Position numbers and translations under genes: made by a program. A DNA stretch of 55,122 bases, filler included, from Trypethelium eluteriae (taxonomy: Eukaryota), in NCBI GenBank assembly GCA_051942245.1. It is 2 parts of 2 records of this genome, joined end to end, with 100 filler letters (N's around TTAATTAATTAA, not from the genome) between each part and the next. Parts side by side here need not be neighbours in the genome. Positions count along the whole stretch, not along the records: positions 1 to 27,529 come from JAVECL010000332.1; 1 more part is not named here. One strand, written 5' to 3'. The notes under the pieces were generated by a model. The model was given only the letters and a program-made list of their open reading frames with translations. It made no database searches and had not been told where the DNA came from. Positions within the stretch are counted from its first letter, which is position 1. Each line of letters begins with the position of its first letter. Positions 11,804 to 22,612 of the stretch are shown in pieces.

Positions 11804-14452
11804 CTAAACGATTACGACTCCTTTCTGCGCAAAGTGTTTAAAATAGCTTCTTGCGTCTTCCTGACTCTTGAATTTGCATGACACAATTCCAATTCTCTTC
11901 CACTCTTCATCCACACAATTATCGACCTGAGAGAGCACCAGCACAGAAGCCTCAAAAGTCTCTTCATCTGATTGTTGCCCTTTTATGGCAACGCAAAACG
12001 CTTCGTCAGTTACATCCATCAGATCATCGAAGTACACTCTAGCTTGTAAGGCAATCTGAGTTAGCGAAGGTGGTACATCTTCTTTGTCAAGTATCCGAAA
12101 TGTTGCAACCGTTCGCTCATTCTTATACGAGTAGGACGGCTCTGCATCCTGTGGATGAACTGTCATCCGGAAACACGGTCCCATAAGCTTGAGAAATCCG
12201 CCTTTTATTTCTCCCGTTTCCAAATTTCTCCAGTGTTCCGTGAATGCTTTCCAGACCGTCGCAAGCTCGATTGCGTTCGCCCCATCTCGAGCATCTGGTC
12301 GGAATTCCAGCGAACCATCGATGCTGGCCCAACTCCAACTAGGCGCTCTGTACTCTTTCGTCCTCTTGGCCGGACTCGTCACACGCCATATCGTGCCATC
12401 AAGAAGCTTGTCCTCCCACAAGCCGGCAAAGTAACGGTGTGATTGATCTGGTCTTAACGTACTTAGTGCGCGCTTCATATCATTTGCTAGACCTGATACA
12501 GCTGCCAACTTGTCAGAAGGGACTGTTAAGTCACACCTTGCGTAAGCTTTGATTACTGAATTCCAATCAAGAAAAAGTTGCTCAAGGTCTTTGTCCTTGG
12601 CATTTTCATGGCAAAATTGCCTGTCTGGCGCGTTTAGCAACTGTTTCCAGAGGTGTGGCTTCTCGTCCTTTGCTGACTTGGCCTCAACTTCAACATAATC
12701 CTTATCAGCTTTTTGCTGGAGGTCTTCATAACAATAAACAGTCTCTGGATGTAGTTCGCAAGCGTTCTGTTCCCTACACTCCCAAAACACTTGTTGTTTG
12801 CCAAGGTGAAGGACACGGGGCGATAGCAGCCGTTCCTGCACCACCCATCCTCTGTATGCAACAGGATCCCGCCCGAAAGACAAACGCCAGGCATAGGCTT
12901 TCTCCAACAAACACCTAAATCTCCCCGGCTCTGAGTCAGGTGTCTGTTGAAGGCGAATGATAGTTGGCGCAATGTCTCTTGGATCTCTATCAAAAAAACA
13001 GCCTTCATCTTCATTCTTGGCACCGAGAGCCGATATATTCAAAAATGCATTTCTGTATACGTCTTGCATTGTATTAGCAGCAGCCCGCCAGTCGTCAGGT
13101 GAATCTTGGTATATGCAAAGCTTATCTATCCAAAGGTACTGGATACCAAGTCTCGAAGTAATACCCATAGCTTCACGAAAAGTTTTTGGCAAGCTCGATA
13201 TGGCCTGCAGGGCGTGTAACTTTTCGTGCGTCGTTCGAAGTAATTTCAGTCTTTCTATGGTTGCCTTCCCGCCATTTGGGGCTGCAGCCTCTGGGTTATC
13301 TCCAGTGCCTGGCTCGCCCCAACAGTGACTGAGAGTAATGTACCGTTCCGAGGAAGGAATATCGTCGCTGGAGACGAGTATGAAAGAGTCCTCGCAGATC
13401 TTGAGGAGGCGAGTAGGAAGCTTTCGAACTACGAGGCTACTCCTGCAACGGATATGCTTTTCACAACACTCGCCCAACCAATTGTCGATCAATGCCCATG
13501 TTTTCGCGTCTCCGATAGAGGAGGAAAAGTCAAAATTCAAATGTCTGTCCCAGCGTGGAACTGTATAATATTATTAGTCGAGGTTTCTGCCACAATATGC
13601 AAACACCTGAACAGAATGCCTCTTTTCTTGACCACTGCAGCCTCTCCTTGTAATCAAATATGTCTTCGAGGTTCTGAAGGTCCCTATAGTAGGAAGATAT
13701 AAGTCAATAGCACACATGCCACTCTCTGCTACAAACAGAATTTCAGAGCCTCGAAGACATATCTAATGAGAAAGGGAGGGGCCAGTGAATGAAACACTGG
13801 AGATTCAAAAATCATTGTTGCAGTAGATGTAATGATCTAGGGAAATAACACCTAGGAACGTTCGTTAAGATCAGCGGCTTTTATCTTTAAGTGCGGCAAA
13901 GGATTTCTGAGTGTAGAAAGTCCCTTTCATTGATTTTAGCTTTTGAGGTTTATTCTATTCAAAGATTTGGCGATAGTAATAGATAGACATTCGATCCAAG
14001 AAACAGAAAAAGGAATTCTTACCCCCAACAGGAATGAGAGGAAGTGTGCCACTCGAGCCTCCCATATAATCGATTTGCATTACCGGATAGCTTTCCTCCA
14101 AACCGTGAATCTGGAAGCACGTAAACCATCCCGGATCCAGAATCTTCGCAAGTTTGTGCTTGCCCGCTTTCGGTTCGAACGGATAGCACATTACGCATCC
14201 CTTTTCAGAGCTTGACTCCCAGCTCGAATCGGTTCTGTGGTGTCCGTAGATGTACATTTCTACCTCTGGCCTTTTCCCCCGCAGTTCTGTGGCTGGACTG
14301 GTCTGTGATTGCGATCTCTTGCGTAGGAAGTCTAGATACTTTCCCCGCGGGTCTGGATCGTCACTCTCTAAGTCAGATTTGAAGGCGAGACGGGTCGTGC
14401 GATTAGGATCCCACATGCCTTCAAGGCCATGGAGGCAGACATCGCACAACAT
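11804..14452 (-). CDS. HET (heterokaryon incompatibility) domain protein
   Basis: Exon 1 14452-14023 (MLCDVC...GHH...CVMC), 462-nt intron 13561-14022 (GTAAGA...CTAAT...CAG, phase 1, frame-consistent), exon 2 with LPTRLL, YITLSHCWG, LPKTFREAM, YLWIDKLCIYQD, MQDVYRNAFLNISA, RGWVVQERLLSPRVLH, DKLAAVSGLA, YFAGLW, YRAPSWSWAS. Confidence 0.9.
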
Positions 14453-14595
14453 GATGATGTTAGGCTGGGACGGGGATGATGTGAGCTACTATATCATTCT
14501 TTACTCTAGCTTGGCAGTCTGAAAATTTGTGGTTGATTCCATCGAGATAGTTTCGCGCTGTGGGCTTCTGGCCCATGCGCGGTCACATGAGCCTT

Positions 14596-14643
14596 CCTAG
14601 CTTTTAGCTCCTAGCTTCTTAGCTTTCTCCTAGCTTACCTAGT
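14596..14643. repeat. Degenerate TAGCT simple repeat in the HET gene upstream region
   Basis: cctagctt ttagct cctagctt cttagctt tctcctagctt acctagt. Confidence 0.6.
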
Positions 14644-14932
14644 GAAAAGCAATACTGACCAAATCTAGACAGAATCTTGTGTAGCAAACGGCAATATGCT
14701 TTGAAGTATTTATATACACCCAATTTTGCATTACCGCATTATATCCGAATCCTCAGTCCATGCCCGTGGTAGCTAACATACGCCGAATCCCAAAGCACAT
14801 GAAAAAGTAGCAAAATTAGCCGTGATGATGATGATAGTATAACATCGACTCCATCCATTATGCCCAGCATATCCAGCCAAACCTCCACCACCCTTTTGGA
14901 AAATCCCTCTTCAAACCCCAGACTACCCCTCC

Positions 14933-17900
14933 TCACAACTGCCCACTCAACACCGCCTCCGTCGCACTCCCAATATACGCGCGCTTGGGATCCATATTCA
15001 TGCCAAACCTACGCTCCAGCTCCGCCTTAATACTCTTCTTCGTCACGCTCATCAAATCCGCCGTGCGCAGAATATCTCTGATCTCAGCCAAGATCGCATC
15101 ATCGGACGGCAGCGCCGCCACCCCACCGAGATCGCTCATCTCCATCTCGCCCGCGGGCCCGCACGCCGCGGAAACGTGTCGGGAGGGCGGATACTGCTGG
15201 CCCGCGCCACCGAGGAGCGGCTCGGACGGGGAAAGTGACATGCGAGACTGGTTGCCGGAGGCGTAGCGAGGGATGCCGAGCTGGGACATAGGGCGCGAGG
15301 CGTAGCCACCCTGGCTCGTCATATGATCGCCGCCGCCATACTCAGAGCCCGCGGCGCCGGCGACAGTCGGGTAGTAGGAGCGGGTGCCGTAGGAGACGCC
15401 GGAGACCTCGGAGCGGGCTTCGTCGTGCTGGGTCTGGGCATCCCAGAGCTCGGCTTGGTATTCCTCCCACTTCTTGCGCGGGATGGAAGCCGGGTCGAAC
15501 TTGCCTTCGTCGGACACGACGACTTGGCGGCCTTTTTCTCCCGTCACGACGCGCGTGTTGCCCCAGGAGAAGTCGTCCATGTGCCAGAAGGCGTAGAGGG
15601 GGAGGCCGAAGGCGAAGACCGGGGTGGCGACGATGTAGATGATCATCCAGCCGATCATTTCCCATTTGCGGCGGAGGATGAAGATGATGGCCTGCAGACC
15701 GTAGATGGCGCCGAGGAGGATGAAGGCGGTGATGGGGACGGTGTCGGGGTTGGCAATGAGGAGATAGATCAGGTAGCCGATGTAGACGATGATGACGGGT
15801 TGGACGACGGTGGAGAGGAGGTCGAGGAAGACCACGAAGCGCATGCTGAAGCAGCAGAAGCCGCACAGTTGTTGGAGAGGGATCAGTTCAATAAGATTGT
15901 GTACTGTAGAGTTGATCCAGCGGCGACGTTGTGACATGAAGACTGTCCAGGAGTCGGGAGCGATGGTCCAGGCATGGGCGCGGAAGATGTATTTAGTCTT
16001 GTATTTCGAATGAAACTTGAGAAGCAGGGTTGTTAGATAACGGTCTTCACCCAAGTGGAGTAGATTCTTCATGTGAAGCGTATCAACACGAATCTCCGAA
16101 TAGGCGTCGACGACCTCCTTGGAGACGAAGAGAGGTTTCCCAGTCTCAGCTGCACGGATACGGAACATCGTGAAACAACCCGGCAGACAAGTGACTGAAC
16201 CGAAGAGAGATTCGAAAGCCTTTGTCAGGTTGTGTGAGATATAATACTCATAAACTTGCATCATGGTGATAAAGGACGACTTGGCGTTTGTAAGAGCCGT
16301 TTCACCACATACACCAATTAAGCGTGTGTCGTGGAGGAAGGCGGAAATAAAGCGAGTAGCAGAATCGGGAGCAACAACGGTATCGGCATCGATTTGGAGT
16401 AGGAATTCGTAGAAGGTGGGATTCACTCCTATGATATTCCGTATTTGGTGATGCATCTCCAATTCCAATGGAGTCATTGGCAAGTTGTAGTGAACACGGT
16501 TCAAGAAACGCATGAGAAGCATCTGGGAATCACGCTTACCACGGTTACCAGGTCTGAAATGCACGGGTCAGCTTCGAATCGGAAGAAAAATCTTGAAAAA
16601 ACGTACCGAGTGACTTCAGAAGGCTTGCCAATTTTGACGACAACCAAGAACGGAACAATATGACCTTGGACTTCATACAACCCAGAATAGACCTTACCCA
16701 TGTTGTGTTGCTTCAGACCCTCACCCAAGGATTCAAAGCTCAACGGTTCAGGATCCACAGTCTCAGAGACACCGAGAATATCCAGGACGATACGTGGGGT
16801 TGGCCTGTCGTTACCCTGCCCAATAATCATACCGTCACAGACAATAACGAGCAATTTGCGCTTGTCATCGTACCGCATTCGTGCTGCAGAATCGATGGCA
16901 CGACGCAAAGAATCCTCGTCTTCGGTATAAGCAGGAACGGTGGCGATAACGAATTTGTCGAGATTCTCTGGGATATTCTTCTTGCCGAATTGCAGGGCAG
17001 CAAAGAATTTGAAGCCGATGACACTGACCAAAAGAATGGAAATAGCAAGCAGGATGTACTTGGCAAAAAGACAACGAGGTGAGGAACGAGTATCGACATC
17101 GCCCACGTAAAAGAGATTGTTCAAGCAAATCATCATGGCGTTCTGGAGTTCAGTGGTCATGTCCAGTGCCTCATAGTATTTACTAATGTCCTGTCCCGAC
17201 CTCTGTTGGAAAAGATCGACCAAAGGCTGATACATAAAGTTGGAATTTGGTGGGTCCGATGGTGGATCCTCTCCAGCTGGATATTGTGGCGTACGACCTC
17301 CTTGGTAATAGGATGTGAAGTCGTATATGCGGTTATACAGGATCGCAATATAATTTTGCTTGGAACCAAGTGTTCCAACGTACTTCGGCGTGTAACCAAT
17401 TCTGCCCTTCTGGTAGTTCGCTTTGAGATACATCTGCTGCTCATACCACCAGTCAGGTCGTGAATCATTTCTGAACGATCGGAAGTCATGATACTGCGCA
17501 TTGTTGTCCTGATCACTGATAGTGTTGGTTTGATCCGTGTAGTTTGTGGACTTATAGTCGAGCTGCACCGCGGGATCGATAGTCCCGTCAACACCGTTGC
17601 AAAGTGCGCTGACCTGGACCGGAAAGATATTGGTGGCATCAGTTCCAGCGTACTTCTTCAAGGCAGACTGGGGTACAATGTCCGGATAGTGACTTGGCAT
17701 GAAAGCTGCCAGATCGTATACGACACCACGAATGGCGATGTATGAACCTTTGCTGCCAGTCTTGCCGTTATATGAACTCAGTTCCTGGGGCGAATAAACG
17801 TGTTGTACAGGGCAGATCAAGACTGGAAACCCGACTGCAAAATTGTCAGTAAAGATTGATATTTCCCCGAAACGGTCCAGTCACTTACTCATGAAGAAGA

Positions 17901-20870
17901 GCACGAAAGCACAGCTCAACCAGATGATCAAGTTGATGGCCAGCTTCTCTCGCCAAGCAGTTCGCACGTCTTTCCGAGGCATTCGTCCGATGAATCTTGG
18001 CAGGAAGTCGGGAATAAACCAAGTCATAAAGTAGACAAGGAACATCCATCTCTTCCTGCTGCCAGAGACTGGCTTTTCTTCGATCTCCACCAACTTTGCA
18101 TCATTGCCTTTCTCAGCCATCTGCTCACGTGTGTCCATATTACGGAACATATCTCCAGAGTTGAAGGCGGAGGCTCCAGCGTCTGACTTAGCATCCAGAT
18201 CTCTGCTTCCAAAGTACCCGCCAGCCTTGTCATCATGATAAAAGGCCCCGGGAGATGGAGTGTGCGACGCAAGCAAGTCCTGCTTGGAGTCACCAAATGG
18301 ATTTGCACTTCGAGCCCCAGGAGTGAGGTATGCACCTGGCGTTTCGTCGTAATTGTCCCCGTAGGCGCCAGGAACAACTGGATGTTCACCCATCTTAGCG
18401 ATCTCAAACCAGCAACGCTCGCTTAGAAATACACCAGTTGCGCCGACGCGAGCCTCGTTACTTGGCCATCTCCGCTCATCGAGCACCATTTCAGCCTTCT
18501 CACGTTCGCTGCCGACCACAACAGTCTCTGCCTCGGCAAGGCCAAGGAACTCGCTGAAGGGAAGGAACATGCTAAAGTCAGCATTGCGGAGCCGTTGGCT
18601 GATTTCAGCAATGCCAAAAGTTTGGACTTGTGTGCGGACACACTTGCTGTCGAACTGATTGGCAATCTTGCGGTCATTTGGTTTTAAGCAGAAGACAAAG
18701 TATGGATTTGTTGATCCAGAGATAGACTTGGTGATGTTGTCAAGTGACGACAGGAACTGGCCAGAGGCTCCTTGTTGTCCATGATCTCTCCTGTGAGACT
18801 TAGATTCAGTGGCACCTTTCGGACTCTCACCAAAATCGAAGGCTTTGTCGTCGTCGGGAGTACCGACGGTACCGACGGTACCAACGCTCTTTTGGGTTCC
18901 GAATCGTGAAGGTCGTCCACCGTTTCTTTTTGCCATACTAGGCATGCGCGTCGGCTTCGAGCTGAGAGAAGCCTGTAGAATGGTCGACTTCTCTTTGGGA
19001 TGCGTGACTCGGTTGAGAGCTTCTTGTCCGAATAGATCTCTGACGAAATCGCGCGTAGTGGTATTGATGAGATTCATCAAGTCACCGGAAATGACCTCTC
19101 CGTTCTCCTCAATCAAGCCTTCAGCAGGATATTCGACCTCGCCAGAAAAGTGCTTGACGGTGAAGGATGCGTTGGTATTTTGAGTGGGAAAGTTGCTACC
19201 CGGCATGATCGCAGTTGCGCTAGCAACAGATATGGCAGGGTTCTTGTCTCCGAAGCGTTTTCGAATACTTTCCATGAACTGCATATCCGTCTTGCTACGC
19301 CTGGTTTGATCGTCCAAGATACTGAGTAATCCATTGCCTGGCTTCAAGAGACCGCGCACAGCATCTGAGTTATCAAAATAGCTTGTTGCTGGGACGCTTA
19401 CTTCTTCCGTCTCGAGGAGGTCTGCTTTCCTCTCGAAGAAGCTTTGAAGGGCAAAATTGTACATGGATTCTGTTGCAGCATTGTTGAGGAGCTGATCCAA
19501 AGTATTCCCAGTTGCGGATGACTGGGCAAAGCCAGGGAAGTCTACGACGGAGATTGTATTGCCTACTGCGTCCTCCAAAGCGCATGTTCTTTGATTGATG
19601 CTCTCGATGACGTAAGCCACCAGGAGAGCATACAACGTCCGAGCGAGCTCATCTGCATTCTCCCGGGCGCCCTTCGGATCAAGCATGACAGTCACACGTT
19701 CTCGGTGTAAAGTCTTACTCTTGTATCCTAGACTTGTCTCCAGGTCTTGGGTGCTTACACCAAGGAAAGCTGCGATAATTTCGAGTACGTCCTTATTCTT
19801 GACAACGGTGACATCTTCACCACCCTCGTGCGAGTAACCACCACTGTCGTCAGCAGCGGGAGTGGTCGATTGCGTGGTCATGAACTCCAATTGGCCGATG
19901 TGGAGGATTGCAGCAAGGACCTGACAGATCTCGGCAATTTCGCCTCGAGGAAATTCCAACTTCCGTAACGCGGTCTTGAAATGCTGGAAGCCTTCGCCAT
20001 CGTTGATTCCGACCTTCATTTGGCTAGGATGCCCAAGATATCTCCATCGCTTCTGGCTAATGACAGCCGATGTTCTGTTGCCGGCCGTTCCATCGGAGGT
20101 CACAGGGCCAAGGTGGTCGAGACCAAGGTGAGCTTTTTCGGCGGAGCTAGTTCCAGCAAGCAAGTAGTAGAGAACGTGAAAGTTCCGTTCTCCAGGAGGA
20201 ACAGTAGTAACTCTGCTTCGCTCCAATCTGTGATCGAGGAGTTTGCCACCAATAAGGGTGGGATGCAAGGTCGTCGAAGTGTCGTACTGGATCTCGAAGA
20301 ACAGTCCAGACTTGGAAGCGGTCGGTGTAGTTGCGGACTTCGTCGTTGTTAGGCTGTCAAAGACGAAAGAGGCATATTGAAGTTTCTTGGAAAGAGGGGT
20401 GGCCGAAAGATTGAGTAAATGGGTGAGAAGATGATTACGGAGAGTGGTCTTTCCAGATCCTGATTCACCCCTATGCAAGTTGTTAGCAATCGATCTTTGT
20501 CAATGTGTTTGAACCCCAGAAGCGTTCAGCGGGCATCGGAATTGATAGGAACGAAATGTTCAGTCGGGGGAACGTACAAATAGACGATTGCTTGGTTTTC
20601 ACTCCGAGCACCCAACCTTGTCCAGGCTCTTGATGCCAGCTCCTCAGACTCTCCCATTGCACTTCCTTCTTTGGCGCCATTAGGACCTTTTGCAGATGAA
20701 GTGTAGGTATTAAGTGAGATCAGCGCATGGGAGGACAGTTGGGCGGTCGGTAAGGAGACATGGAATCGGCTGGCGAGATGTGCAGTCAGGTGGGTATCGG
20801 ACTGTAGATGTGCGGGCAGAGAGGGTAGCGATGCTTGTGCATGCTGTGGCTGCGCTCCATGATGAGCCAT
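14933..20870 (-). CDS. csmA: Class V chitin synthase with myosin motor-like domain
   Basis: P-loop GESGSGKT, myosin-like domain, cytochrome b5-like domain, TAYTE-like [31 protein letters not shown]-terminal DEK-like tail ([28 protein letters not shown]). Introns 20471-20577, 17835-17888, 16554-16606. Confidence 0.95.
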
Positions 20871-22612
20871 CACCCCGGTTGCGTCCCCAGGGATCGCCGA
20901 GGATAGTGTTGTGACCAGTCAGTGGAGTGTCAATCCGAGACTCTCGAGTCTGAACTTCTGATAGTGATTCTGATGCTTCGTAGGGTCTAAATGCAGGCTC
21001 GATAATGTGCTTGCGAGGTTAGATGTCGTTAGGGCGAAAGTTTTGGTTTAGTATTACGCAGTAGGGTGTTGTTGTTTAGACTACTTCAGGAGCTCCTGAT
21101 GGGAGGCCCGAATGCCCAGGGACGGTGATTGAAGATTCCGGGACGAAAGCGAAGGAAGACGAAAGAACCAAACGAGCGTTGAATAGAGACCACAGTCGAA
21201 GTAACTGACAAAGGCAATGCAGTGCAGAAGGGAGCAAGCAAAGGTGTTGTTGAGTCTCAATCACGGCGTTGCCTCCCGAGGGGCCAGTGCCTTCGCCCGT
21301 GCCGGAGTGAGGGTTCATGGATTATGCGTTGATCTTTACGGATGGCGATACAACGCTACGCCTCTTTGGGCCCCCTCCATAAATATAGCGCGATGCACTC
21401 AAACATCTCAGCCCCCGTTCCCTTCCAGATTCGACGCTGGCAGGAGCTTAGTTCTCACGAGTACCGGATACTGCTCTCCGTAACCGCGCCTCGTCCCAAC
21501 TGATCTCCTCCAGCCTACGGTTGTTCCACCGTTCAAGGTCGTCGAAGAAACTATGTGCTATATTTTCAGGGCTTCAGATCTGAGAATTTATGAGATGCAC
21601 AAGGGTCAAGCGCGGCTTAGCGCCAACTGGGGGTTCTCGGTGGTATCGTGGTATCGTGGCCAGGGTAACACCCCTTTTAACAAGGATGGAGGCGCCACTG
21701 TTTTCCTCTGTTTACACGGATTGATTCGCTGCCAGGGCCAGCCCAGCAGAACGGCCACATTTTTCCGCAGCCTCATTACCATTTAGTCTCGTCTTATGCC
21801 GTACCGCTTAGCCAGAAAATTGGGTCAGTGATGCTGGCGGAATCGTCGTCGAAGATCGTCTCCTTTCAGGCAGCCCACCACCTTCTTGTACGAGCAGTGC
21901 ACACGCGTCGGAGAGGGGTCTCGGCGGATCCCCAAGACCCTCGCCTTCGTACCCAAAATAGCACGACGACTTCAGATGAGCTACTTAGATAGGCTTGCAA
22001 TGATAGCATCGTGAGCAACGACTCAAGGGGCGCTTGAGGATTCGGTCGATGAATTGATGACGCTCTTGACGGATCGCGAGTGAGAAATCGCCACTCCCAA
22101 TAAATCCCAATATCCGTGCGGCCCGTGTTTTGACTCTTTTTCTCCTGATTCCCGCGCCTAAGAAGCCAAGGTGCTAAGGTCGTGCCACCCTCGCCCTGCC
22201 GACGTGACTGGACCGTGCAGCTAAGCCCGGCTGCCCAGCATCCCCGAACGAATAACGAACCGAATCAAACATCACACATCACCACTCTACTCTACCACTC
22301 CAACAGTCTGCTGTGACAAGTTTCATACTCTCGGCCTTGACCGTGTCTCTTTTCTTCTCCTTCCTCCTCCACGCTCGTTGATACCAGCTCGTCCTTCGTT
22401 TAAGCTGGTTAATAAAATCGTAATCGAGGGTTGCTTTGGCGACCACCCCCTCTCCCCAATCCGCCTTGCAAACTCTGGGCTTGAAACTTTAATTGTCATC
22501 TTCACATCATCGGAGAAACGACCATTCGTTATCACGCTTATAGCGAAGCTTATAGCTCGAAATCGTCCTCGTTTTGCTCGGTTAGGGGGTATCACACCCT
22601 GAGGAGGGCAAC
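20871..22612. promoter_or_regulatory. Shared bidirectional upstream region of csmA/csmB, with a possible Rlm1/RlmA site
   Basis: About 1.74 kb between divergent starts; TAAATATAG (TA-W4-TAG) at 21380-21388. Confidence 0.5.

Noticed and set aside
13561..14022. Intronic box C/D snoRNA in the long HET intron
   Set aside because: No proper RUGAUGA box C paired with a terminal CUGA on the transcribed strand.
3000..14700. Starship or other transposon carrying the NLR/HET cargo
   Set aside because: No tyrosine recombinase, transposase, terminal repeats or target-site duplication recognised.
18860..18886. 9-bp triplication in csmA (VGTVGT)
   Set aside because: In-frame slippage in a low-complexity linker.
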